A stretch of 64,000 nucleotides of DNA. Source: Ferruginibacter sp. Its GTDB lineage: Bacteria > Bacteroidota > Bacteroidia > Chitinophagales > Chitinophagaceae. Each line of letters opens with the position of its first letter. Positions within the stretch are counted from its first letter, which is position 1. The position numbers were made by a program, and so were the translations under genes. This document shows positions 20,014-30,358 of this stretch, one piece after another. The notes under the pieces are model-generated. The model saw nothing but the letters and a program-made list of their open reading frames with translations. It had not been told where the DNA came from and did not search any database. The stretch spans positions 2,273 through 66,272 of the forward strand of contig JANMVB010000125.1 of assembly GCA_031392305.1 (NCBI GenBank), in the 5' to 3' direction.

Positions 20014-22890
20014 ATGAGAAAACTATTTTTCTTAGGTTTACTATTTATTATTTCCAATATCGCTTTGGCACAATCAGGAAAAATTTCTGGCAGGGTCATC
20101 AACGCTGGTTCGGGACAGGGTTTAGCAAATGCAACAATTGTGCTTATTGAAGAATCAAAAACTGAAACTGCTGATCCGAATGGGAGCTTTAGCTTCAATA
20201 ATTTGAAGGCAGGCACGTATTCCATAAAATGCAGTTATACTGGTCACGTTGACAAAATAATTGATGAAATAATTTTAAAAACTGACGACAATACTGTAGT
20301 CAATATTTCCTTAGAAGAAAAAAAATCAGATGAGGTAGTAGTAACAGCTACAAGGGCAAAGGCAGCAGGAGAATCAGTGGCAACACTACTAATATTCCAA
20401 AAAAATCTTGCTAATGTAAGCGACGGTATAACTGTTGAATCAATCCGGAAAACACCAGACAGGAGCACGGGTGACGTAATAAAAAGGGTAAGCGGTGCAA
20501 GTATTCAGGATGACAGGTTTGCTGTTATCCGTGGGTTAAATGACCGATACAATGCCTCCTTTATTAATGGTGCTCCGTTACCCAGCACAGAAAGCGACAG
20601 AAAGGCTTTTGCATTCGATATTTTTCCTGCTGTAATTTTGGATAACCTGGTAATTTATAAAACTGCCACTCCAGATAAAATTGGTGATTTTGCCGGCGGC
20701 ATAATAGATATCACCACAAAATCTATCCCGGCAAAAAACTTTACCTCTATTAGTTTTAGCATTGGCGTCAACAGTTTGCTAACCGGTAAAACACGTTATT
20801 TCTCAGAAAACAAGGGCGGCAAAGATTGGATCGGTATAGATGATGGCACAAGGGCAATACCTGGAGGCATACCTTCTATTAAGGAATTAAAGAATTCAAG
20901 TTTCGAAGAAAAAGGAGAGTATGCAAAGCTTTTTGGTAATTACAAATGGGGAATAAAACAGGGTAGAACATCTCCTGACTTTAATTTCCAGGTTACAAAA
21001 GGGTTTAGCATAGAACGCAAACAAAAGGAATTTTTAGGCACACTCTTTTCGCTGAATTACAAGCGGGGTTATACCTTTAATGAAGGGGACAGAAACAGTT
21101 TTGATTTCGATTTAACAGCACCCGCCGACCAGCAACTGATACAAAAAGGTAAGTACAAAGATTCAGTTTACAATGATGAAGTTGTAGTGGCTTTGTTGGG
21201 TAATGTATCGGTTAAAATAAATAACAAAAATAATATAAGCTGGAAAAATAACCTGAGCATCAATACAGATAACAAGTTTGTAAAGCGCATAGGGGCCCCC
21301 AATTTTCAGGACGAGCCAAATACCTTTATAAAAGAAGCGGTTAGATGGTTTACTTCCAATAAAATTTTTTCCAGCCAGCTTGCTGGTGAACACCTTGTTG
21401 GTAATAAAAAAACAAAAATCAACTGGTTGGGTGCGTACAGTAAAGTAAACCGTGAAATCCCTAATCTTTCACGTACATCTTACGCCGGCACTTTTCCAAA
21501 TGTAACCTCAGATTTATATGCCAGTTTTTCATTTGGGCCACCAAGTCAAACCGTTGGTATGGGTAGTATGTTTTTCACCAATTCAAATGAAAATATCAAA
21601 AGCATCAAAGCAGATATCACCCAGCCATACACTTTCATGAAGAACTCCCAGAATTTTGTAAAAATTGGTGGAGGTTATCAAGCCCGTGAAAGGTATTTCA
21701 CAAGCAGGGTGTTAGGTTTTAGCCCTTATAACGGAGGCGGGGTGTCTTACGACAATTCATTATCGCAGTTACCAGAAGGAGAGATTTTTTTGCCAGAGCA
21801 CCTCGGTAAATTGAAAACAGGTGAAGGTGGTTTTTTATTGAATGATGGCACACTTTCTTATTCTGACTATGATGCGTCTTCTGCTTTAATTCATGCATAT
21901 TTAATGAATGACCAGCGGTTCTTTAAAAAATTCAGGCTCATATATGGCGCAAGGTTAGAAAGGTTTAATCAAAAATTAAATTCAGTTAAAAACCTTAATG
22001 AATTAGTTCAAATCAATACTGTTGTTACAGACTTATTGCCGTCTGTTAATTTTGTATATGCACTTACATCCACAATGAACCTGAGAATATCTTACGCCAA
22101 AACGGTAAACCGACCTGAATTCAGGGAGTTGGCCCCATTTATATTTTATGATTTTGTATCGAATTACACTTACGAAGGACAGGAGATTTTGCAAAGGGCA
22201 AAAATTAAAAACTTTGATTTTCGTTACGAATTTTTTCCTGGTAAAGCACAATTATTTTCTATTTCAGCATTTTATAAGGAATTTAAAAACCCTATCGAAA
22301 TTGTAACCGTTCCAAATACAAGCAGCCAAACTATTTATATCAACGCCGAATCTGCCAAAGTTTATGGAATTGAAGCAGAATTCAGGACCCTACTTTCCAC
22401 CCTCGCAGGTATCAACAGGGAGGGTGCATTCCTAAGTAAATTTACCTTGTCTGCAAACATGGCTTATATAAAATCAAAAGTAAAATTAGGCCCTCTATTT
22501 AGTTTCGATCCCTCGCAGTTGGTAACCGACCGACCCTTGCAGGGACAATCGCCTTATCTCATAAACAGTAGCCTTTCTTTTAACGATGAGCGAACAGGGT
22601 TTTCCTCAACCCTATCTGTAAACAGGGTTGGTGACAGGCTGGCTATAGGTGGAACTTTTAAAGATGCAGATATATATGAAAAGGCAAGAACTGTCGTTGA
22701 TTTTCAACTGGCAAAATATTTTTTAAGTAATAAACTTGAAGTTAAGTTTACAGCAAGGGATATCCTGGCGCAAAATTTAAGTTTTTACTTTGATTATGAT
22801 AGGAGTAAATCAAACACGGACAGAGACAGGTATTTTTCAAATTATAATACACCCAAAGTATTTAATTTCAGTGCAGCATATAAATTTTGA
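20014..22890 (+). CDS. TonB-dependent receptor
   Basis: Carboxypeptidase-regulatory-like N-domain; plug motifs IKRVSGASI and VIRGLNDRYN; C-terminal YKF. Confidence 0.92.
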   Translation: MRKLFFLGLLFIISNIALAQSGKISGRVINAGSGQGLANATIVLIEESKTETADPNGSFSFNNLKAGTYSIKCSYTGHVDKIIDEIILKTDDNTVVNISLEEKKSDEVVVTATRAKAAGESVATLLIFQKNLANVSDGITVESIRKTPDRSTGDVIKRVSGASIQDDRFAVIRGLNDRYNASFINGAPLPSTESDRKAFAFDIFPAVILDNLVIYKTATPDKIGDFAGGIIDITTKSIPAKNFTSISFSIGVNSLLTGKTRYFSENKGGKDWIGIDDGTRAIPGGIPSIKELKNSSFEEKGEYAKLFGNYKWGIKQGRTSPDFNFQVTKGFSIERKQKEFLGTLFSLNYKRGYTFNEGDRNSFDFDLTAPADQQLIQKGKYKDSVYNDEVVVALLGNVSVKINNKNNISWKNNLSINTDNKFVKRIGAPNFQDEPNTFIKEAVRWFTSNKIFSSQLAGEHLVGNKKTKINWLGAYSKVNREIPNLSRTSYAGTFPNVTSDLYASFSFGPPSQTVGMGSMFFTNSNENIKSIKADITQPYTFMKNSQNFVKIGGGYQARERYFTSRVLGFSPYNGGGVSYDNSLSQLPEGEIFLPEHLGKLKTGEGGFLLNDGTLSYSDYDASSALIHAYLMNDQRFFKKFRLIYGARLERFNQKLNSVKNLNELVQINTVVTDLLPSVNFVYALTSTMNLRISYAKTVNRPEFRELAPFIFYDFVSNYTYEGQEILQRAKIKNFDFRYEFFPGKAQLFSISAFYKEFKNPIEIVTVPNTSSQTIYINAESAKVYGIEAEFRTLLSTLAGINREGAFLSKFTLSANMAYIKSKVKLGPLFSFDPSQLVTDRPLQGQSPYLINSSLSFNDERTGFSSTLSVNRVGDRLAIGGTFKDADIYEKARTVVDFQLAKYFLSNKLEVKFTARDILAQNLSFYFDYDRSKSNTDRDRYFSNYNTPKVFNFSAAYKF

Positions 22891-23070
22891 TATTGAATAA
22901 AATGTTGTACCAGGCCCTTACCAAAATCTTATTCATTGCAAGTAATATTTTATTGTTTAATGAAAATAGTAAATCAGGTTCCTCCATCAACTAAAGTGGC
23001 CAAAGCATATAATTCACGATAAATAAATTGGGTAATAATTTTTTTGTCCATGCTGTAAAGCAATGGGCAA

Positions 23071-23109
23071 CATTGTTGCATCGCCCTCTTGTACCGCATA
23101 CCAATTGGG
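23071..23109 (+). repeat. REP-like element, copy 6 (GCATCGC subtype)
   Basis: CATTGTTGCATCGCCCTCTTGTACCGCATACCAATTGGG. Confidence 0.9.
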
Positions 23110-24050
23110 ATCTTTAATTGTGTTATTAAATAATAAAAAATTATTACCACTTTTGTAACATCCCGATTTTTAAGAAAGTGAGTAGGCCCGGCTTTTTTAT
23201 TTGGGTAGTGAACAAAACAACATCTCTAATTTATCTTTGCGCATTATATTTAAAAAGCCAATGGTATTAATTACAAAAAGGCTAACCCCTATGCAGACAT
23301 AGTAAAAGTTGCAATGATGCCCCGGATTATTTCTTTGCAAAAAAACATTTTTCAATTTTTTATCCTTTGTGCAAAATTACGCAGGCATATTTTTTTGCAA
23401 TATTTAAAATGCTTTGAGAAACATGACTCAATAAGAAAAGCAATTCAATCTAATCAATTATTATATTCAAAAAACAACACATCATATAGTAAGATAGAAC
23501 TATTACCCTTCCTTACTTTAAACACTTTATGAATGTTGCAAATTTTGAGTCTACTTCTTTTATTTTTTATATAAACGCACTTCTTTTTATTAGAAAAGTT
23601 TAATAATGTTTTCACTATTTGCCTTAACAATTTGATTCCTTTTTGGTAACATATCATTTTAACTTTTTGTTTTAGGTTTGCCTTCTAATTGATAATTGCA
23701 GATGAAATAATACCATCCAATTTTTAATTTTCCAATTTCCTGCATTCGTACTTATTCCCTGGTTGAAGACAATTTTCCGTATTGATTAAATCTTAACAAA
23801 CATGTTTTAATCACTCGTAAAAGAGTGACCTGATATCATTTATAAAAAATGGTAAATAATACTGCTATGACTTGTCGGTTACAAAAAATCGTTGCTTTAT
23901 TTCTACCAGGCCGATTGCCACACCCTTTATTTTTTTACCCGCAAAATTTTTAATTATTCAATTAAAACCAAATTCTCAAAATAAAAAAATCATCACCAAA
24001 AAAATGTAAATGAAAAAAAGTAATACTAAAAACACAAAAAAAATTAAAAC

Positions 24051-25913
24051 ATGAATCTATTCAAACAAAAAAATTTAAAAATGAAAAAGACATTTCTTTC
24101 AATCTTATCCTTAATGTGTGCAGCAGTTATGGTTAATGCACAAGATGTAACCACCTACCGTGGTGCTTTTGCTCCTGCGCCAGAACGCCAGTGGACAGAG
24201 AGCTGGACAAATTTTGATCCGCAGAACACTAATTATGGAACATCCAATGTAAACGTGTCTGGTACCATTACCACAAACACAACCTGGACAAGCAATAACG
24301 TGTACCTGTTACAAGGGCTTGTTTATGTTGACACGTTGGTTACCCTTACTATTGAGCCAGGTACCAGAATTCACGGCGATTTTAATACTGCCAACTCATC
24401 GTTGATTGTAAGAAGGGGTGCCAAATTAATTGCAGAAGGCACAGTTTGTAGCCCTATCGTATTCTCTTCTAACAGAGCAATAGGAGCCCGGACAACGGCC
24501 GATTGGGGCGGTATAATTTTATTGGGAAAGGCCAGGAACAACCAAACAAATGTAGTTATTGAAGGGTTAACTCCAACTGAATTTCGTAACTACCATGGTG
24601 GCACAGACGATAATGATAATTCAGGTGTTCTGAAGTATGTACGCATAGAATATGGCGGTTATGTACTTGCTCCAAACAACGAAATCAATGGATTAACCAT
24701 GGGCTCTGTTGGCCGTAACACCACCATTGATTTTGTACAAACTTCTTTTATTAATGATGATGGTTTTGAGTGGTTTGGTGGTACAGTTAATTGTAAACAC
24801 CTGGTTTCTTACAGAAACCTTGATGACGATTTTGATACTGATTTTGGCTTTAGCGGTCTGGTACAATATGGCCTGGCCATTAAAGATCCGGCTGTTTCAG
24901 ATAATCCGGCAATTTCAACTTCCGAAGGTTTTGAATCCGATAATGATGCCGCTGGAACAAATGAAGGCCTTGCACCAAAAACAAGTGCCAGGTTTTACAA
25001 CATTACGCAAATTGGTGCATTCAGGTGTACCAGTAATGCTAATGGTACCGGTGTGCAGCCAACAGCTACCGGCTTTAGAAGAGGTGCCCGGTTAAGAAGG
25101 AATACTGACTTGAAAATCTTCAATAGCATCTTCATGAATAACTGGAGAGGGTTGTTTATTGATGGTACTTTGGCACTCAATAACACAGACCAGGATTCAT
25201 TGGTGTTTAGGAACAACATCGTTGCCGGTGATTTCACAAGTACTTGGACTGGGGTGTATGCAGGTAAATCAATAGCTGCTGAAAATGCAGCAACAGCGCT
25301 GCGTTTAGGTAACCCAAACTACGCCAATGATACTTTGTATGCTGCAACCAATACCTGCAGCCTTTTAACTAATGCTTGGAGTTTTACCAATCCGGATTTC
25401 AGGCCTAATACTGCAGGAGCTGGTGCTTTATTAACTGATCCAACCAATTTATCTACCGGTGCAGACATCGTTCCTACGGTTGATATTGATAATTCGTTAT
25501 TTACTCCCAACCCTCCTCTTGCAGTTGGTAGTTTCTACGATTTTGTGGTCAATATATTTGAGATCGGAGGCGGTACTACCAATGGTGCTATTACAATAAC
25601 AATACCTATGCCTTCAGCGTGGAGTATCAGTGTGCCTAGCACAACCAGTGGTACTTCTGACGTATTTGGAGGAACAGCCAATGAAAATAGCAATTGGACT
25701 TTCGTTGTAGTTGCCAATGTCAGCGTAACAATTACTTCAAAACCTGGTACTATTATACCGAAAAATAGCCAGGCTATAGTAGGTCTTAGGGCAACACGTA
25801 AAACAACAACAAGTACAGGTACAAGCCAGAGCTTGAGTGTAACAGTGAGTGGTGGTGGCGATAATTCACCATCTAACAACTCTGCTGTAGTTGGCTTTGG
25901 TACATCAAACTAA
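24051..25913 (+). CDS. Secreted beta-helix protein (DDGFEWFGG family) with C-terminal DUF11-like domain
   Basis: WGGIILLG, SGVLKYVRIEYGG, NEINGLT, DDGFEWFGGTVN motifs; start may be ATG 24081; no CTD. Confidence 0.8.
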   Translation: MNLFKQKNLKMKKTFLSILSLMCAAVMVNAQDVTTYRGAFAPAPERQWTESWTNFDPQNTNYGTSNVNVSGTITTNTTWTSNNVYLLQGLVYVDTLVTLTIEPGTRIHGDFNTANSSLIVRRGAKLIAEGTVCSPIVFSSNRAIGARTTADWGGIILLGKARNNQTNVVIEGLTPTEFRNYHGGTDDNDNSGVLKYVRIEYGGYVLAPNNEINGLTMGSVGRNTTIDFVQTSFINDDGFEWFGGTVNCKHLVSYRNLDDDFDTDFGFSGLVQYGLAIKDPAVSDNPAISTSEGFESDNDAAGTNEGLAPKTSARFYNITQIGAFRCTSNANGTGVQPTATGFRRGARLRRNTDLKIFNSIFMNNWRGLFIDGTLALNNTDQDSLVFRNNIVAGDFTSTWTGVYAGKSIAAENAATALRLGNPNYANDTLYAATNTCSLLTNAWSFTNPDFRPNTAGAGALLTDPTNLSTGADIVPTVDIDNSLFTPNPPLAVGSFYDFVVNIFEIGGGTTNGAITITIPMPSAWSISVPSTTSGTSDVFGGTANENSNWTFVVVANVSVTITSKPGTIIPKNSQAIVGLRATRKTTTSTGTSQSLSVTVSGGGDNSPSNNSAVVGFGTSN

Positions 25914-25939
25914 TCTTAAATACATTAAAACTAAAAAAA

Positions 25940-28843
25940 ATGAAATTTTTTAAATTATTAATCCTGTTTTTTGCAAGTGCCTTTGCATTCATGGGCGCTT
26001 CTGCACAGGATCCATCAATAAATGTCGTGCTAGGTAGTAGCGGCATCGTTAACGTGGGAGGAACAATTTTTCTCCAGGTTGACATTACCAATAACTCTGC
26101 ATCTGGTACTATCATTGCAAATAAAACAAGACCTCAAATCAGTGTTCCCGCTAGTATATCTTTTATACCTTCTGCAGGACATATCTTACCTAGTGGCTGG
26201 ACAATTTTTTCCAACACAGGTTCAGTAATCAGGTTTACCAATACCACTGATCCTATTCCGGCAGGTACAACACGTACTGCATTTATCGCAGTTGAGGGAA
26301 CTGCAGTGGGTGGTGGTTCAATTCTTGCAAATCTAACATTTAATGGCCCGGCTCCTACTGGCGATAATACTGCAAATAATACTTCCAGCGCAGGACTAAC
26401 CGTAAACCCGGCAGTAGCTTGCGCTATCGCCGTATCAGCTTCTGCAGGAACTATCGCATGTAATGGTGGTACAACCACACTTACTGCAACTGCAACCGGC
26501 ACAACAAATACTATTGAGTACAGTTTGAATGGAGGAGCCTTCCAGGCTGGAAATACTTTTACAATAAATGCAGCAGGTTCACCATATACCGTTACTGCAA
26601 GAGAAGTTGCTACTCCTTCTTGTACGGCTAACTCAAGTGCTGTGTCAGTAACACAACCAACAGCGGTTGTAGCTACTGCAGTTGTTACTACTCCTATTTC
26701 TACAGTGGGAGGTACAGGAGCAATTACTGTAAGTGCTACTGGTGGTATAGCCGGTACAACTACTTATGATATTGCCAGCGGTACTTCAATCAGCAATACA
26801 ACTGGTGATGCTACTGGTGTATATACTGGTTTACTTGCAGGCACTTACACATTTACTGTTACCAAAGCGGGTTGTGCTGCAACAAGTGCACCACTTGCAT
26901 TAAATGATCCGGCTGCTTGTATCATCACAGGAGTAACAGCTTCTGCAGGAACTATCGCATGTAATGGTGGTACAACCACATTGACTGCAACTGCTGCCCC
27001 TAATGGACCTACATATCAATACAGCCTGAATGGCGGAGCTTTCCAGGCGGGCAATACATTTACCGTATCAGGAGGAAGTTATACAGTTACTGCAAGAGAA
27101 ACGGGCAATACTTCTTGTACAGCAACATCAACTACTGTAGTAGTTGTAAATCCAGCGACTGTAGCAGCTACTGCTTCGGTAACAACTCCAATCGCTGTTC
27201 CGGGTGGTACAGGTACTATCTCTGTAAGTGCTTCAGGTGGTACTGGTGCAAAAACTTTTGTTATTACTTCAGGTACAACAACTAATACAACCGGCGCTTC
27301 TACTGGTATATTCTCTGGGTTACTTGCTGGTAGTTATACATTTACTGCTACTGACGTAAACGGATGTACAGCGGTAACTACTGCTACTAACTTAGCTAAT
27401 CCAGGTGTGGCTACTGCAGATCCTGCTGTAGGCCAGATGTTCTTTACTACAACCAGTGGTGGTGTACAAAGTGCCAACACTTTGTTGTTAGCCCCTTCAA
27501 CTGCCCTTTACGACATCAATGTTCCTTTCTACAACCTTAACCAGTTGAACCCGGTGCCAAATGGTACTATCAGCTTTAGGGTTAACCTCGGTTCTAAGTT
27601 GGTACTTGCTCCAGGATTTAACTTAGCTACTGCTCCATTAAGCGCTTATTTTTCATGGGCACTAACTAATGTAGGTGGAAATGTTATTCTTACCGGTACA
27701 CAAACAGCTACAATACCTGCAGACTTTAATTCGGCTGCTATCTTTAGAGTAAAAGGTGACTCAGCTTGTAGGTCAAATGTAATTTCAACTATTACCATCA
27801 CTAATATATTACAAACTTTAGTGGATGATGACCTGCAGAACAACTCAGCAACGTTGCAATATACTTTACCAATTACAGTTTCTAAATCTCAGGTAAACGT
27901 AACTTGTAATGGTGCAAGCAATGGTATTATTAATTTAATCGCAAGTTCAGGTACAACAGTTGCTACAACCGGACCCGGCGGATATACCAATACACAATCG
28001 TTGGCTTCTGGTCAAAATACACTACAACTTGTAGGCTTAGCCCCAGGCTTATATACTACAACCGTATCAGCAATTAGTGATGCAACGCTTGGTGCTTGCT
28101 CAGTAGTTGTAACCACAACAATCCTGCAACCAACAGTGTTAACTTTACCGGTTGCAAATATCAGCAGTACCAACAACAATTGTTTTGGTGCAAGCGATGG
28201 AACCATTACAGTAGCTGCTTCAGGTGGTACCGCTCCTTATACTTATACTATCTCAGGGCCTGCAAATACAACAGGAGCTCTTAATGGTATATTTACAGGC
28301 TTAGCTGCCGGAAGTTACACTGTAACTGTTACAGATAATAATGGCTGTACTGCTACTACCGCAGCAATTTTAATAACACAGCCTGTAGGTGGAATACCTG
28401 ATATTAGTCTTGGATCTGACTATACGGGAAGTTTGTTCACCACACCGGGAACAACTCAAACTATTGTATACAACGTTGCTGAAATTGGAGGTAACTCTGC
28501 AGTGGGAGATACAATCAGAATTACGAAAGTGGCTGGTTTCACTATCAACTTCAACCCAACTATCTTCTCTACAACAGTTGGCGGTACTACTTATTCACTT
28601 GATAACCCAAGGTGGAAGATTGATAACACCAATCCTGCATTTGTTTCTATCATTTTAACTGATCCAGCCAATGCATCAAACCCAGGTATTTTACTTTGTA
28701 ATCAATTGGTAAGAGTGGCTGTTACCCTCACAAGGAACACCTCTAACATTTCTACCTTTACATTGAGTGCAAGGCTAAGAAAAGCGAACGGGGAAGTAAA
28801 CCTTAGTAACAACCTGAATTCAATCATTTTCGCGGCTGACTAA
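25940..28843 (+). CDS. Large SprB-repeat adhesin-like protein without CTD
   Basis: Signal peptide, DUF11-like domain, SprB-like repeats (CNG..G.I, GL.AG.Y..T.TD.NGC), cohesin-like module, terminal DUF11-like domain. Confidence 0.85.
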   Translation: MKFFKLLILFFASAFAFMGASAQDPSINVVLGSSGIVNVGGTIFLQVDITNNSASGTIIANKTRPQISVPASISFIPSAGHILPSGWTIFSNTGSVIRFTNTTDPIPAGTTRTAFIAVEGTAVGGGSILANLTFNGPAPTGDNTANNTSSAGLTVNPAVACAIAVSASAGTIACNGGTTTLTATATGTTNTIEYSLNGGAFQAGNTFTINAAGSPYTVTAREVATPSCTANSSAVSVTQPTAVVATAVVTTPISTVGGTGAITVSATGGIAGTTTYDIASGTSISNTTGDATGVYTGLLAGTYTFTVTKAGCAATSAPLALNDPAACIITGVTASAGTIACNGGTTTLTATAAPNGPTYQYSLNGGAFQAGNTFTVSGGSYTVTARETGNTSCTATSTTVVVVNPATVAATASVTTPIAVPGGTGTISVSASGGTGAKTFVITSGTTTNTTGASTGIFSGLLAGSYTFTATDVNGCTAVTTATNLANPGVATADPAVGQMFFTTTSGGVQSANTLLLAPSTALYDINVPFYNLNQLNPVPNGTISFRVNLGSKLVLAPGFNLATAPLSAYFSWALTNVGGNVILTGTQTATIPADFNSAAIFRVKGDSACRSNVISTITITNILQTLVDDDLQNNSATLQYTLPITVSKSQVNVTCNGASNGIINLIASSGTTVATTGPGGYTNTQSLASGQNTLQLVGLAPGLYTTTVSAISDATLGACSVVVTTTILQPTVLTLPVANISSTNNNCFGASDGTITVAASGGTAPYTYTISGPANTTGALNGIFTGLAAGSYTVTVTDNNGCTATTAAILITQPVGGIPDISLGSDYTGSLFTTPGTTQTIVYNVAEIGGNSAVGDTIRITKVAGFTINFNPTIFSTTVGGTTYSLDNPRWKIDNTNPAFVSIILTDPANASNPGILLCNQLVRVAVTLTRNTSNISTFTLSARLRKANGEVNLSNNLNSIIFAAD

Positions 28844-28853
28844 TTATCACATC

Positions 28854-28881
28854 AACATAGGGGTTACCCAACCCCTATGTT
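28854..28881. terminator. Intercistronic 12-bp hairpin
   Basis: AACATAGGGGTT-ACCC-AACCCCTATGTT. Confidence 0.65.
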
Positions 28882-28910
28882 ATTTTAAAAAATTATTTAA
28901 AAAGATTAAT

Positions 28911-29771
28911 ATGAAATATTATTTAAAAACTAAGCGGCCCAATTTTAAAGGTCTCTTTATTGCCGGTTTACTGGTGGCTTCGTTAAGCGGTGTTGCCCAG
29001 AAAAAAGCAGTAATTGCAGATGCCCAGTTAGGCAAAATAGCAATGACTGATATTACTGGTTATGCAATGGATGCTAACAACATTCAGCAGGACCAGGTGA
29101 TTAAGTTAATGCTTCCGGTAATGAGTGTAAGCCATGGTAAATTATTACCGGCAGGTAGCTGTAAAATTAAAATCGGCCTTGGATCAAAACTTGAATTAGA
29201 TCCACAATTTGATCTTAACAGTGCAGGTTTGGGTAGCTATTTTAAATGGACTTCTGTTGTTAACAGCGGACAGTTGCAAATAACAGGCGAACTCATCAAT
29301 GATTTGCCTGCTGATTTAAAAACAGTGGAGTTGGCTTTCAGGGTAAACGGAGCAGTGGAAGGTAAATCTACCATTACTGCTAATTTCCTCATCACCAACC
29401 ATAAATCACCTGTTGTATTATCTGATGAAGATGGCTCTAACAATGTAGCTGCTTTGTCGTACAGGGTGATTAAAAAGTTCGACCTTGTTACCCCTGTACC
29501 AAACGGTAGTTTGAAGTTATCAGTTTATCCTAACCCTGCTAAAGACGTAAAGTCTGTAATGATTAAAGTGGCGCAGGGTAAGTTAAATGGTAAGTACAAA
29601 ATCAGCCTGTTTGATGTAACGGGCAAGCAACTTCGCTCAAAAGAATTGCAATTGAATTTTGCACCAAACTTTACTTATGATTTAGGTAATATATCCGCAG
29701 GCCAATACCTTATTAAGGTAATAAATGTGGATGGTAAAGAATCAAGTATAATGAAGTTTGAGAAATTCTAA
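28911..29771 (+). CDS. T9SS type-A CTD protein with cohesin-like module
   Basis: LGSKLELDPQF and NFLITNH..LSDED..NN motifs; VYPNP CTD ending FEKF. Confidence 0.85.
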   Translation: MKYYLKTKRPNFKGLFIAGLLVASLSGVAQKKAVIADAQLGKIAMTDITGYAMDANNIQQDQVIKLMLPVMSVSHGKLLPAGSCKIKIGLGSKLELDPQFDLNSAGLGSYFKWTSVVNSGQLQITGELINDLPADLKTVELAFRVNGAVEGKSTITANFLITNHKSPVVLSDEDGSNNVAALSYRVIKKFDLVTPVPNGSLKLSVYPNPAKDVKSVMIKVAQGKLNGKYKISLFDVTGKQLRSKELQLNFAPNFTYDLGNISAGQYLIKVINVDGKESSIMKFEKF

Positions 29772-29807
29772 CGAAGAGTAACCTCCGTTTTAAACCGGAG
29801 TTTATTT

Positions 29808-29845
29808 AAACTCATGCATAGGTAAAACCTGTGCATGAGTTTTTT
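29808..29845 (+). terminator. Intrinsic terminator
   Basis: AAACTCATGCATAGG-TAAAA-CCTGTGCATGAGTTT followed by a T-tract. Confidence 0.85.
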
Positions 29846-30015
29846 ATTTTTTCCTGTGATTTTTTATTTCAAATCAGTGTATCATAAATTCGTTTATGCT
29901 TCATTGATAGAAATGTGTACAAGGTTTTTTGATAGGATATTGAAGCAAATGGCATTTCCAATAAAAGTGAGATTTTGTAATTGCTTTTTTTAACCAACAT
30001 ATTATCATTGGCCGG

Positions 30016-30054
30016 CATCGTTGTGTCACTCCCTTGTACTACATACCAATGGGG
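30016..30054 (+). repeat. REP-like element, copy 7
   Basis: CATCGTTGTGTCACTCCCTTGTACTACATACCAATGGGG. Confidence 0.95.
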
Positions 30055-30194
30055 AACTTTAATTATGTTTTAAATAAAATGAAACCTGTATATTTTTTTA
30101 ATAAAATAATCTACGCTAATTTATTTCTGCAGTATAATTGCTTTATTATGTAACAGTGATCACAGCCGTTTAATTATGCTGGTGTTTTATTGTT

Positions 30195-30234
30195 CCACAT
30201 AGCTTAAAAAGTACAAGAGAGTGACACAACGATG
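30195..30234 (-). repeat. REP-like element, copy 8 (hairpin degenerate)
   Basis: GTACAAGAGAGTGACACAACGATG core. Confidence 0.9.
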
Positions 30235-30358
30235 TTTAATTGAAAAATAAATGCTTGTAAAAAAATAAATTTTATAAGGCAAACGAGATTGGATTACCAA
30301 TGCCAAAAATTAACTGGCATATTTTAAATAAACAACTCATAACTCATAACTGGTACAA

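Noticed and set aside
24049-24059. 11-nt match (ACATGAATCTA) between the array core and the start of the 24051 gene, suggesting an antisense target
   Set aside because: A match this short is expected by chance in AT-rich DNA, and the true start may be 24081
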